Assembly: GCA_945871425.1 (NCBI GenBank)
Contig: CAMBVS010000015.1
Location: 903-64,902, forward strand
DNA: 64,000 nucleotides
Direction: 5' to 3'
Origin: Rhizobium sp. Q54
Lineage (GTDB): Bacteria; Pseudomonadota; Alphaproteobacteria; SHVZ01
Shown: positions 1 to 9,094 of the stretch, piece by piece
Layout of the letters: each line of letters opens with the position of its first letter
Position numbering within the stretch: the first letter of the stretch is position 1
Translations under genes and position numbers: made by a program
Notes under the pieces: generated by a model
What the model was told of the DNA's origin: nothing
The model's input: only the letters and a program-made list of their open reading frames with translations
The model's database searches: none

Positions 1-788
1 GCATCGCCGCGGGAGGCAAGCATGTCCGCGATCCGCTCCCGGGCGAAGCCTTGGCGCAGCAGCCCGGCGACCCGACGGCGACGCGCGATCGCGGCAAGGA
101 CGACGCCGGCGACCGAAATCGCCGGAATGGCGAGGGCGAGGAGATAGATCTCGGCATAGACCGCCGTCTTCTCGCCTTCCGACATGTCGGCGACGCCGGC
201 GAACATCCAGATGTTGAGCGCGGCGACCGCGACCAGGCCGGAGATGATCGCGACCCGGCCGAGCGTCTGCATGGCGGTATGCATGGCCTTGATCGTCGCT
301 TCCGGGTGGGGGTTCCCGCGCTCGTCGAAGCTCGGCACCGCCTCGACGGTCATCGCGTCCGCGACGACGTCCTGCAGGACGTAGCCGACAGGCCCGAGAA
401 GAACGCTCACCACGTACCAGATCTCGGCGTCCATCACGGCCGCCATCCGGGCGGTGTGCCGGACCAGCCCGTACATGATGGCGATGCTGAGCGCGAGCAG
501 GGCGGCGCCCAGATAGACCAGGGCCGCCTTGTGGCGCCAGATGAGGTCGACGAGGTGGCCGAGGGGTATCTTGAGGGTCCAGGGGATTCCCGCCCAGAAC
601 GCCAGGCCTGCGAGGAAGGCGGCCGAGAAGCCGAAATGCTCCTTCACGAAGAAGGTGCCGACGATGGCGGTGAGCCCGGAGATGCCGGCTGCCAGATACA
701 CCATCAGCGGCGGCAGATAGGAGAGCCGGAACTGGCGCCCCAGATCGAAGATGACGACGTCGAGCCAGCGATAGACGGCGCTCCCCAC
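1..788 (-). CDS. Polytopic membrane transporter, MFS/BT1 (folate-biopterin transporter)-like; 3' end runs off the window
   Basis: Absent from the ORF track because no stop lies in the window. My reverse-strand translation from GTG at 788 (GGGAAGAG just upstream) reads VGSAVYRWLDVVIFDLGRQFRLSYLPPLMVYLAAGISGLTAIVGTFFVKE...GIPWTLKIPLGHLVDLIW... It has hydrophobic helices and G/C-rich third positions. The + ORF 51..830 is its Arg/Asp-rich shadow. Confidence 0.6.
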   Translation of the reverse strand, partial: MGSAVYRWLDVVIFDLGRQFRLSYLPPLMVYLAAGISGLTAIVGTFFVKEHFGFSAAFLAGLAFWAGIPWTLKIPLGHLVDLIWRHKAALVYLGAALLALSIAIMYGLVRHTARMAAVMDAEIWYVVSVLLGPVGYVLQDVVADAMTVEAVPSFDERGNPHPEATIKAMHTAMQTLGRVAIISGLVAVAALNIWMFAGVADMSEGEKTAVYAEIYLLALAIPAISVAGVVLAAIARRRRVAGLLRQGFARERIADMLASRGD

Positions 789-826
789 GGACTCTTCCCT
801 AACCCGGTCGCGCCAGGACCGGCAGC

Positions 827-1141
827 CTAGCGGCGCAGGCTCAGAATATAGCTCGTAAGATCGTCGATCTCGCTTGGACGGAGAATGAGATTGGGCATGT
901 TCACGTGCGAGGATTGCAGGAACACGCGCAGGCTGAGCGGAGTCGCAGCAGGATCGCGGGCGACCGCCGCGAAGGTTGGAGCGCCGTCGGTCGCCGGACG
1001 CGCCTGACCTGCGGCCACGACATGGCAGTCCGAGCAGATCCGGAGAGCGAGGTTGCGGCCGGCCGAGGTATCGCCCGGCACGGATTGCGCGTGCGCGGCA
1101 GCCGACAGTGCCAACAGCACCGATGCAAGGATAAGGCGCAT
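827..1141 (-). CDS. Periplasmic class I c-type cytochrome
   Basis: ORF 827..1171. Start moved to ATG 1141 (GGGAGG 7 nt upstream). Signal peptide MRLILASVLLALSAAAHA. Single CSDCH (CXXCH) haem-binding motif. Confidence 0.85.
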   Translation of the reverse strand: MRLILASVLLALSAAAHAQSVPGDTSAGRNLALRICSDCHVVAAGQARPATDGAPTFAAVARDPAATPLSLRVFLQSSHVNMPNLILRPSEIDDLTSYILSLRR

Positions 1142-1194
1142 CTCTAACCTCCCGAAAAGCAATTGTATCATGGCAGGGGGCTCTCTCCATTGAA

Positions 1195-1208
1195 TTGACC
1201 TAAGTCAA
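1195..1208. promoter_or_regulatory. FixK/FNR/CRP-family binding-site candidate (TTGA-N6-TCAA)
   Basis: TTGACCTAAGTCAA dyad centred about 60 nt upstream of the cytochrome c ATG, with a TACAAT-like hexamer between box and SD on the minus strand. Confidence 0.4.
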
Positions 1209-1457
1209 CATGCCGGACAATCGCCGGCTCGGCTTCTAGACGCTGATGGCCGCCTTGATCCGCCCGCGGGTCAGCGGGAGATCGCGGAGGCGCTACCTGG
1301 TGGCGAGGAAGCCGCATTCTTACCGGCCATGGGATGCTCCATTGGCCGGCATCTGTGCTCTAGGAAACGGCCTCCCGCGCCTTGGCAATCCCCCTATTGC
1401 CAGATCCGGCTCTATGCTTGACTCCGCGGCGAGGACGAACGGAGGTCGGGGTCAGGC

Positions 1458-2216
1458 GTGCTTGAGCTCAGGGGAGTGGTCAAGTCCTTCGGCAATCTGA
1501 GGGCGGTCGACGGTGTCGACCTCAGCATCGCCTCAAACCGGATCACCGGCGTGATCGGTCCTAACGGCGCCGGCAAGACGACTCTGTTCAACCTGATTGC
1601 CGGCTCGCTGACGCCCGATGCCGGCGAGATCGTGTTCGCCGGCGAGCGGATCGGCGGCCTCTCGCCCGATCGCATCTTCCAGCATGGCCTTGCGCGCACG
1701 TTTCAGATCCCGCGGCCGTTTCCGCGCATGACCGTGCTCGAAAACACCATGCTGGTGCCGCTGCGCCAGGCGGGAGAGCGGTTTTGGACCAACTGGTGGC
1801 AGCCCGGCCTGGTCGCCCGCGAAGAGAAGGCCGGGCGCGAACGGGCGACCGAGGTCCTGAGCTTCTGCGGCCTTGGCGGCCATCTCGATCACTTGGCCGG
1901 CACACTGTCGGGCGGGCAGCAGAAGCTGCTGGAGCTGGCGCGCGTGTTGATGATCGACCCAAAAATGATCTTGCTCGATGAGCCGGCGGCGGGCGTCAAC
2001 CCGACGCTGATGGAGACGCTGGTCGAAAAGATCCTGGCATTGCATGCGCAGGGCGTCACCTTCCTGCTCATCGAGCACAACATGGACCTGGTGATGCGCA
2101 TCTGCCGGCCGATCGTGGTGATGGCGGCCGGCAAGGTGATCTTCCAAGGCGATCCCGACGAGATCCAGCGTCACCCCGAAGTTCTCGACGCCTATCTTGG
2201 GCATGCGGCGGCATGA
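1458..2216 (+). CDS. ABC transporter ATP-binding protein, LivG-like (HAAT family)
   Basis: GTG start with GGAGG upstream. Walker A GPNGAGKTT, signature LSGGQQKLLE, Walker B ILLDEPAAG. ATGA overlap with the next gene. Confidence 0.93.
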   Translation: MLELRGVVKSFGNLRAVDGVDLSIASNRITGVIGPNGAGKTTLFNLIAGSLTPDAGEIVFAGERIGGLSPDRIFQHGLARTFQIPRPFPRMTVLENTMLVPLRQAGERFWTNWWQPGLVAREEKAGRERATEVLSFCGLGGHLDHLAGTLSGGQQKLLELARVLMIDPKMILLDEPAAGVNPTLMETLVEKILALHAQGVTFLLIEHNMDLVMRICRPIVVMAAGKVIFQGDPDEIQRHPEVLDAYLGHAAA

Positions 2217-2941
2217 CGTCCCCTATACTCGTGGCGCGGGACGTCGTCGCCGGATACGTCCCCGGCCTGCCGATCGTGCGCGGCGTCTCGGCCGAGATCG
2301 CGCCGGGCGAGATCGTCACGATCATCGGCCCGAACGGCGCCGGCAAGTCCACCTTCGTCAAGGCGTTGGTCGGTCTGCTCCCCACCGAGAGCGGCCGCGT
2401 GACGTTGAGCGGGCGAGACATCACCGGCCAGCCGTCCCATGTGCTGGTCGGCGCCGGCATCGCCTTCGTGCCGCAGACTGCCAATATCTTCGCGTCGCTG
2501 ACCATCCATGAGAACTTGGTCGTCGGGGCCTACACCGTGCGAGGCGGCATGGGGCCACGACTGGATCGCGCTTACGCGATGTTCCCCGAGCTGGCGGCGA
2601 AGCGCCGGCAGCGCGGCCGGGTCCTCTCGGGCGGACAGCGCCAGATGCTGGCCATCGCCCGCGCCCTGATGACCGATCCCGCCGTGATCGTGCTCGACGA
2701 GCCGACCGCCGGGCTCGCGCCCAAGGTGGTCGGTGAGGTATTCGCCGAGCTCCGGCGGCTGGCGACGACCGGCGTCGCGGTCCTGATGGTCGAGCAGAAT
2801 GCCCGGGCGGCGCTGGCGGTCTCCGACCGCGGTTGCGTGCTCGCCGAAGGCCGCAACCGCGCCGAGGGCAGGGCGGCCGACCTCCTGACCGATGCGACCC
2901 TGGCCGAGGCCTTCCTCGGCGCCCGCCGAGCGGTGCACTGA
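2213..2941 (+). CDS. ABC transporter ATP-binding protein, LivF-like (HAAT family)
   Basis: GPNGAGKST, LSGGQRQMLA, VLDEPTAGL. Start overlaps the livG-like stop. Confidence 0.93.
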   Translation: MTSPILVARDVVAGYVPGLPIVRGVSAEIAPGEIVTIIGPNGAGKSTFVKALVGLLPTESGRVTLSGRDITGQPSHVLVGAGIAFVPQTANIFASLTIHENLVVGAYTVRGGMGPRLDRAYAMFPELAAKRRQRGRVLSGGQRQMLAIARALMTDPAVIVLDEPTAGLAPKVVGEVFAELRRLATTGVAVLMVEQNARAALAVSDRGCVLAEGRNRAEGRAADLLTDATLAEAFLGARRAVH

Positions 2942-3837
2942 TGCTGGCGCAGGCGCTCGCCGACGGCATCCTGACCGGCGCCATCATCGCGCTCGGCGCG
3001 ATCGGCATCTCCTTCAGCCTGCAGATCCTGAAGTTCGCCAACTTCGCCCATTCAGAGCTGCTGACCTGGGGTGCCTATCTGGCGCTGGTGTTCGTGGCCT
3101 TCGCCGGACCTGGCACGCCGACGGCGGAGCTGTCGTTCGGCTGGCAGCTGATGGCGGCGATGGCGCTGGCCGCCATCCTGACCGGCGGTCTCGCCTGGCT
3201 GGTCGATGTCCTGGTCTTCCGGCGGCTGAGGCGGAGCGGGGCGCATCCGATGTCACTGGTGTTCGCCGCCTTCGGCTCGGCGCTGGTGATGCGGCACGTC
3301 ATCGTGCTGATCTGGGGCCACGGCACTCACTTCTATACGCGTGAGCTGCAGATCGCGCTCGAGGTGCTGCCGGGCGTGCGCATGCTGCCGGACCAGATCT
3401 TCATCCTGGGCGTGACCGTCCTGACCGTCGTCGCTCTCCATCTCTACCTGACCTACAGCCGCACCGGCATGGCGATGCGGGCGATGGCGGAAAGTCCATC
3501 TCTCGCCCGGGCCTGCGGGATCGAGGTCGAAGGCGTCGTCCGCTGGACCTGGATTCTCTCCGGCGGCCTTGCCGCCATGGCCGGTGTCTTTCTCGGCCTG
3601 TCGCCGCAGCTCCACCCCGAGATGGGCTTCAGCCTCCTCCTCGCCCTGTTCGCCGCTACGATCCTCGGCGGCACCGGGTCGCTGATCGGCGCGGTGGTGG
3701 GCGGACTGCTGGTGGGCCTCGCCGAGAACCTGTCGGTGCTGGTGATCAGTCCCGGCTACAAGCCGGCGATGCCGTTCCTGCTGTTGTTGCTGGTGCTGTT
3801 CGTCCGCCCGCAGGGCCTGTTCGGAGAGAAGCGGTGA
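2941..3837 (+). CDS. Branched-chain amino acid-type ABC permease, LivH-like
   Basis: Track ORF 2833..3837. Start moved to ATG 2941, which overlaps the upstream TGA by 1 nt. MLAQALADGILTGAIIALGAIGISF..., multiple TM helices. Confidence 0.88.
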   Translation: MLAQALADGILTGAIIALGAIGISFSLQILKFANFAHSELLTWGAYLALVFVAFAGPGTPTAELSFGWQLMAAMALAAILTGGLAWLVDVLVFRRLRRSGAHPMSLVFAAFGSALVMRHVIVLIWGHGTHFYTRELQIALEVLPGVRMLPDQIFILGVTVLTVVALHLYLTYSRTGMAMRAMAESPSLARACGIEVEGVVRWTWILSGGLAAMAGVFLGLSPQLHPEMGFSLLLALFAATILGGTGSLIGAVVGGLLVGLAENLSVLVISPGYKPAMPFLLLLLVLFVRPQGLFGEKR

Positions 3838-4781
3838 TCGGCGTCTTCTCCTACCTGGTGTTCTTCGCCTGCATCGTGCTGGTCCTCGGCATCATGGCGC
3901 TCGGGCTGAACCTGCAATGGGGCTACACCGGCCTGTTCAATGCCGGCGTGGTCGGCTTCTACGCCATCGGCGCTTATACCCACGCCATCCTCATCACGGC
4001 ACCCAGGCCCGAGCTCATCGGCAATCTCGGCCTGCCCTGGGTGGTCGGCATCCTCGGCGCCATGGCCGCCAGCGCCTTTGCCGCCTGGGTGATCGGGCTC
4101 GCCACCATCCGGCTCCGCGACGACTACCTGGCGATCGCCACCTTCGGCATCGCCACGACGATCCAGTTGGTGACGCTGAATTGGGACGGCCTGACCGGCG
4201 GTGCGCAGGGTCTGTCGGCGATCCCGCGACCGCTGGTCGGCCTATTCGACACGCCGCTCGGCTTCAGTCTCTGGTATCTCGGCCTGCTGGTCGCGGTGGT
4301 CGCCGTCATCTACTGGGCGCTGGAACGGATACTGAACTCGCCCTGGGGCCGGGTGCTGAAGGCGATCCGCGAGGACGAGACCGCGGCCATCGCGCTCGGA
4401 AAGAGCGCCCGCAGCTTCCGCCTCCAGGCCTTCGTCCTGGGCTCCACCTTGATGGGCCTCGCCGGCGCGCTCTATGTCAGCTTCATCGGCTTCGTCAGCC
4501 CCTTCGATTTCCTGCCGATCCTGACGTTCCAGGTGTGGGCCATGGTGATCGTCGGCGGAAGCGGCAACAACAAGGGGGCGCTGCTGGGGGCCCTGACCGT
4601 GTGGGCAATCTGGGCTGCGTCGGGGGTCCTGATCTCGAAGCTGGTGCCGCCGGCCTATGCCGCCCAGGGCGGCGCCATACAGGTGATCCTCATCGGGCTT
4701 CTACTGGTCGTATCATTGCTGTTCCGGCCACGCGGCCTGGTCGGAGAGGTTCCAGTGGTTTCGCGTCGCGCCGATGACTAA
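3834..4781 (+). CDS. Branched-chain amino acid-type ABC permease, LivM-like
   Basis: GTGA overlap with the previous gene. Polytopic membrane protein with ...LNLQWGYTGLFNAGVVGFYAIGAY..., typical of LivM. Confidence 0.88.
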   Translation: MIGVFSYLVFFACIVLVLGIMALGLNLQWGYTGLFNAGVVGFYAIGAYTHAILITAPRPELIGNLGLPWVVGILGAMAASAFAAWVIGLATIRLRDDYLAIATFGIATTIQLVTLNWDGLTGGAQGLSAIPRPLVGLFDTPLGFSLWYLGLLVAVVAVIYWALERILNSPWGRVLKAIREDETAAIALGKSARSFRLQAFVLGSTLMGLAGALYVSFIGFVSPFDFLPILTFQVWAMVIVGGSGNNKGALLGALTVWAIWAASGVLISKLVPPAYAAQGGAIQVILIGLLLVVSLLFRPRGLVGEVPVVSRRADD

Positions 4782-4825
4782 GCTTGCCCGATGAACGCGG
4801 CCTGCCAACAGGGAGACTCAAACCA

Positions 4826-6085
4826 ATGAAAAGATGGATCGCGATTTCAGCCGCCTTGGCCCTATCGGTCATGCTGGCGCCTTCGGACGCAGCAGCGCAG
4901 ACGAGCTGTCCGGTGAAGATCGGCGGCGTCCTGCCGCTGACCGGATCGATGGGCCCGATCACCAAGAAGATCGCCGAGAGCGCGCAGCTCGCGGTCGAGC
5001 ACATCAACCAGGGCGGGGGCATCAAGGGCTGCCCGGTACAGTTCATCCTGCGCGACGACCAGGGTCAGCCGACCGTCGGTGTCGACGCGGCCAAGTACCT
5101 GGTCGAGGTCGAGCGGGTGCCGGCCTTCACCGGAACGATCTCGTCGGGCGTCACCGGCCCGATCATCGCCTCGATCACCGGCCCGTCGAAGGTCGTGCAG
5201 ATCAGCTGCTGCTCGACGGCGACGCCCTTCACTCTCGACGGGCGCAGCCAGGGCTATTTCTTCCGCACGCTTCCCACCAGCAAGACGCAGGCGGTCGCGA
5301 CCGCCGCCGAGATGGCGCGCCGCGGCCTGAAGAAGACGGCGCTGATCTACGTCAACACCGACTTCGGCCAGGACATGACCCGCTTCATCAAGCTGGCGAC
5401 GCCGAAGCTCGGCGGAGAGATCGTGGTCGAAGTGCCCTACAACGACAACCAGCCGAGCTACCGCGCCGAGGTGACCAAGGCGCTGGCCGCGAAGCCGGAG
5501 TCGCTGCTGCTGATCGGCTTCCCCAAGGACGCCGTGACCATCGTCCGCGAATGGCTGTCGCTGGGCGGCTCGCAAGTGATTGCGCTCAACAACTCGATGC
5601 GGGTGAAGGATTTCGTCGACGGCGTCGGCGGCCGCTTCCTGAACGAGTCCTTCGGCATGGACAACGCCCAGGTCGCCGGCCCGACCGTCGACGCCTTCAA
5701 CAAGGCGTTCGAGGAGAAGTACAAGTACGACAGCAAGGGACCGGGCGTGCATACCCAGTACGACGCCATGATGGTGCTGGGCCTCGCCATGAACATCGCC
5801 AAGGACCTGACCGGCCCGTCGATCAAGGACGCGGTCCGCCAGGTCCACGTCGCCGGCGGCGCCACGGTGGGCACCGGGCCGGACGAGTTCAAGAAGGCGA
5901 TCGAGCTGATAAAGGCCGGCAAGCTGATCAAGTATCACGGCGCCACCGGCCCGATCGAGTTCGACGCCAATGGCGACGTCACCGGCCCGGCCCTGGTCTG
6001 GAAGATCGTGAATGGCGAGATCGTCACCGATCGCGTCATCTCGATCGACGAGATGCAGGCGCTGTTCAAGAAGATCGACGGCTGA
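4826..6085 (+). CDS. Periplasmic substrate-binding protein, LivK/type I PBP family
   Basis: Track ORF 4784..6085. Start moved to ATG 4826 (GGGAGA upstream). Signal peptide MKRWIAISAALALSVMLAPSDAAAQ. PBP1-like body. Confidence 0.88.
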   Translation: MKRWIAISAALALSVMLAPSDAAAQTSCPVKIGGVLPLTGSMGPITKKIAESAQLAVEHINQGGGIKGCPVQFILRDDQGQPTVGVDAAKYLVEVERVPAFTGTISSGVTGPIIASITGPSKVVQISCCSTATPFTLDGRSQGYFFRTLPTSKTQAVATAAEMARRGLKKTALIYVNTDFGQDMTRFIKLATPKLGGEIVVEVPYNDNQPSYRAEVTKALAAKPESLLLIGFPKDAVTIVREWLSLGGSQVIALNNSMRVKDFVDGVGGRFLNESFGMDNAQVAGPTVDAFNKAFEEKYKYDSKGPGVHTQYDAMMVLGLAMNIAKDLTGPSIKDAVRQVHVAGGATVGTGPDEFKKAIELIKAGKLIKYHGATGPIEFDANGDVTGPALVWKIVNGEIVTDRVISIDEMQALFKKIDG

Positions 6086-6110
6086 TCCGCTACCTGCGAG
6101 AGGGCATCCG

Positions 6111-6461
6111 GTGACGGACGATCGCTTTGAGCTCTATGACCTCAAGGTCGAGGTCGTGGCGCCACCGGGTGCCCGCGTCTACTGTGGCGCGAACGTCGGC
6201 GACTATTTCGAACTCAAAGGCGAGATGCTTCATCTGCCTCCCGGCCAGGGCTTCTCGATCTATTCGCTGGCGGCCTTGCTGCCGCTGCTGCCGGCGAAGC
6301 AGCGGCCGACCCATCCGAACGACTGGATGTCGACCGACGCCGAAGTCGCCTGCCCGGACCCGAACTGCCCGACCCGTTTCCGCATCACCCGGACGGGAAA
6401 GCGGAGCTTCGCGCATGGCGATGTGACGGCGGTTCCTCTCGCGGGCCAGGGGAAGGCCTGA
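6111..6461 (+). CDS. Small Cys-containing protein, TIGR04076-like (function unknown)
   Basis: GTG 6111 with GAGAGGG upstream. VTDDRFELYDLKVEVVAPPGARVYCGANVGDYFELKGEMLHLPPGQGFSIYSLAALLPLLPAKQR...CPDPNCPTRF. Family assignment is from memory of the signature. Confidence 0.6.
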   Translation: MTDDRFELYDLKVEVVAPPGARVYCGANVGDYFELKGEMLHLPPGQGFSIYSLAALLPLLPAKQRPTHPNDWMSTDAEVACPDPNCPTRFRITRTGKRSFAHGDVTAVPLAGQGKA

Positions 6462-6462
6462 C

Positions 6463-7515
6463 ATGACGGTCGAACGTCGCGAGCTGGCGCCGGGCTACCA
6501 GATCTCCCGCCTGATCCGCGGCGGCTGGCAGCTCGCCGGCGGCCACGGACCGGTCGACCGGGCGCGGGCGATCGAGGACATGGCGGTGTTCGTCGATCGC
6601 GGCGTCACCACCTTCGACTGCGCCGACATCTATACTGGTGCCGAGGAGATGATCGGTGAGTTCCGCGCTCGCTACGAGCAGGAACGCGGCAAGGACGCGT
6701 TGCGGTCGCTGAAAGTGCACACGAAGTTCGTCCCGGATTGGGACCGTTTGCCCAGCCTCGACAGATCGTATGTCGAAGGCATTATCGACCGCTCGCTTCG
6801 GCGGCTGAAGGCCGACCGGCTGGACCTGGTGCAGTTCCACTGGTGGAACTACGCCGCTCCGGGCGTCGTCGAGGCGGCCTTGATCCTCCGCGACCTGCAG
6901 CGCGCCGGCAAGATCGACAGGATCGGCGGCACCAATTTCGATACGCCGCACACGAAAGCGATGATCGATGCCGGTGTGCTCTTGGTCTCGATGCAGATCC
7001 AGTACTCGCTGCTGGATCCACGCGCCGAGAACGGTCTCGCCCAGCTGGCGCTCACACGCGGCTTCGGCCTTCTCTGCTACGGCACGCTGGCCGGCGGCTT
7101 CCTGACCAATGCCTGGCTCGGCAAGCCGGAGCCGGCCGACGGCACGCTGACCAACCGCGGGCTGATCAAGTACAAGCTGATCATCGACGATTTCGGCGGC
7201 TGGGATCTGTTCCAGGAGCTGCTGCGGACGATGGATGGGATCGCACAGCGGCATGGCGTCAACATCGCTGCGGTCGCCGGCCGCTGGATGCTCGACCGAC
7301 CCGCCGTCGCCGGCATCATCGTCGGCGCCCGCTATGCCGATCATCTCGCCGACGACCTGAAGATCTTCGACTTCCGTCTCGAAGGTACGGATGTTGCGGC
7401 AATCGAGCAGGTGCTGGCAAAGCGGCAGGGCCCTCTCGGCGATACCTTCGAGCTCGAGCGCGACCGGGATGGGCGTCACGGCCGGATCATGAAATACAAT
7501 CTGAACGCGGCGTGA
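6463..7515 (+). CDS. Aldo/keto reductase
   Basis: Starts 1 nt after the previous stop. AKR motifs FDCADIYTGAEE, LKVHTKF, DLVQFHWWNY. Confidence 0.9.
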   Translation: MTVERRELAPGYQISRLIRGGWQLAGGHGPVDRARAIEDMAVFVDRGVTTFDCADIYTGAEEMIGEFRARYEQERGKDALRSLKVHTKFVPDWDRLPSLDRSYVEGIIDRSLRRLKADRLDLVQFHWWNYAAPGVVEAALILRDLQRAGKIDRIGGTNFDTPHTKAMIDAGVLLVSMQIQYSLLDPRAENGLAQLALTRGFGLLCYGTLAGGFLTNAWLGKPEPADGTLTNRGLIKYKLIIDDFGGWDLFQELLRTMDGIAQRHGVNIAAVAGRWMLDRPAVAGIIVGARYADHLADDLKIFDFRLEGTDVAAIEQVLAKRQGPLGDTFELERDRDGRHGRIMKYNLNAA

Positions 7516-7520
7516 GGGAC

Positions 7521-9005
7521 ATGGCGAACGCGAGACCCGAACGGACCGTCCTGGCGCCCGGCCTCGAGATCAGCCGCATCGTCACCGGCTTCTGGCAGAT
7601 CGCCGACATGGAACGCGGCGGCGTCACGCTCGACCCGGAAACCTCCGCCAAGGCGATGGCGGACTACGCCGCCGCCGGCTTCGATACTTTCGATATGGCC
7701 GATCACTACGGCAGCGCCGAGGTGATCACCGGCCATTACCTTTCGGGCGTCGCTTCGGGCCGTTTCGTCGGCGGACCCGGCGGTCGGCCGCAGGCCTTCA
7801 CCAAGTGGTGTCCGACGCCCGGCCCGATGACGGCCGAAGTCGTGCGCGCCGGCGTCGACCGCTCCCTTCGTCGTATACGGGTCGAGGCCATCGATCTTCT
7901 GCAGCTCCACTGGTGGACCTTCGATCATCTCGACTACATCGAAGCGCTCGACGGGTTGAAGGCGCTACGGGCCGAGGGCCTTGTCCGCAACCTCGGCGTC
8001 ACCAACTTCGACACCGATCACCTGCGTGTCGCGGTGAAGCACGGCGTCTCGATCGTGACCAACCAGGTGTCGTTCTCTCTGCTGGACCGACGCGCCGCGG
8101 GGGCGATGAGCACGTTCTGCCTCGACAACGGCGTGCGCCTGCTCGCCTATGGCACGCTGGGCGGCGGCTTCCTCTCCGACCGCTGGCTCGGCCGCCCGGA
8201 GCCGGCGAGCCTGCCGGACTGGAGCAAGTCGAAATACAAGCGCTTCATCGACGTCATGGGCGGGTGGCAGGTCTTCCAGGGTCTTCTGCAGGTGCTGTCG
8301 GCGATCGGGAAGAAGCATGGCGTGTCGATCTCGAACGTCGCCACCCGCTGGGTCCTGCAGCAACCGGCCGTGGCGGCGATCATCGTCGGCGCCCGGCTGG
8401 GCGAGCGTGAGCATCGCGCCGACAACCTGAAACTCTTCTCCTTCACGCTCGACGGCGAGGATTTGGGCCGGATCGACGGCACCCTGGCCGCTGTCGCGCC
8501 GATCCCGGGCGATTGCGGCGACGAATACCGGAAGCCGCCCTTCCTCACCGCCTCGGGCGATCTCAGCCATCATCTCAGCACCGTGCCGAGGATCTACGCA
8601 GCGACGCCGGTGCCGGGTCGTCCGGGGCGTTCGCGCGTCTCCTCGGGCAGCAAGTGGGAGGTGATCGCCGGTCATTGCCGGGCCGTGCGGGTCGGCAACC
8701 GGATCATGGTCAGCGGCACCACCGCGACCCATGGCGCCGGCAAGATGATCTGCCCCGGCGATCCCACAGGGCAGGCCGTCTTCATCCTCGACAAGATCGC
8801 CGCCAGCCTCGCCGCCCTCGGCGGCTCGATGCAGGACGTGGTGCGGACCCGGGTCTTCCTTAAGGACGCAGACCAGTGGGAAGGGCCGTCGCGGGTGCAT
8901 GGGCGCTATTTCCGCGATGTGTGGCCGGCCAATACCCTTTTCGAGATCGGCCGGCTGGTCGGCGACTATGAGATCGAGATCGAGGCCGAAGCCATCGTCG
9001 ACTGA
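7521..9005 (+). CDS. Aldo/keto reductase fused to a C-terminal RidA/YjgF/L-PSP-like domain
   Basis: Track ORF 6738..9005. Real start is ATG 7521. The N-terminal ~330 aa are paralogous to the upstream AKR (FDMADHYGSAE, LLQLHWWTF). The C-terminal ~125 aa read ...AVRVGNRIMVSGTTA...QDVVRTRVFL...YEIEIEAEAIVD, which is RidA-like. Confidence 0.85.
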   Translation: MANARPERTVLAPGLEISRIVTGFWQIADMERGGVTLDPETSAKAMADYAAAGFDTFDMADHYGSAEVITGHYLSGVASGRFVGGPGGRPQAFTKWCPTPGPMTAEVVRAGVDRSLRRIRVEAIDLLQLHWWTFDHLDYIEALDGLKALRAEGLVRNLGVTNFDTDHLRVAVKHGVSIVTNQVSFSLLDRRAAGAMSTFCLDNGVRLLAYGTLGGGFLSDRWLGRPEPASLPDWSKSKYKRFIDVMGGWQVFQGLLQVLSAIGKKHGVSISNVATRWVLQQPAVAAIIVGARLGEREHRADNLKLFSFTLDGEDLGRIDGTLAAVAPIPGDCGDEYRKPPFLTASGDLSHHLSTVPRIYAATPVPGRPGRSRVSSGSKWEVIAGHCRAVRVGNRIMVSGTTATHGAGKMICPGDPTGQAVFILDKIAASLAALGGSMQDVVRTRVFLKDADQWEGPSRVHGRYFRDVWPANTLFEIGRLVGDYEIEIEAEAIVD

Positions 9006-9094
9006 GACAGGGCGTTTCGCCGGGAAGCGGGGGTGGAGGCGAGCGTCGGGCGCGCATGGCAGCTTGGTCCGGTCGCCCGTCCAGGAGTCCGCCC

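Noticed and set aside
51-830. 259-aa + strand ORF (MAQQPGDPTATRDRGKDD...)
   Set aside because: It is Arg/Asp/Gly-rich with no motifs. The opposite strand in the same interval translates into a convincing polytopic membrane protein with proper codon bias, so this is a high-GC shadow ORF.
6738-7520. N-terminal extensions of track ORFs that fuse into upstream genes. Examples: 6738..9005, 13444..14829, 14592..17255, 28866..30569, 29669..31381, 43875..46961, 46790..49027, 52098..53702, 52820..54025 and 10582..11814.
   Set aside because: The extended parts are out-of-frame overlaps of neighbouring genes with filler-like composition. Internal ATG/GTG codons with SD sequences coincide with the start of domain homology, so the shorter coordinates were used.
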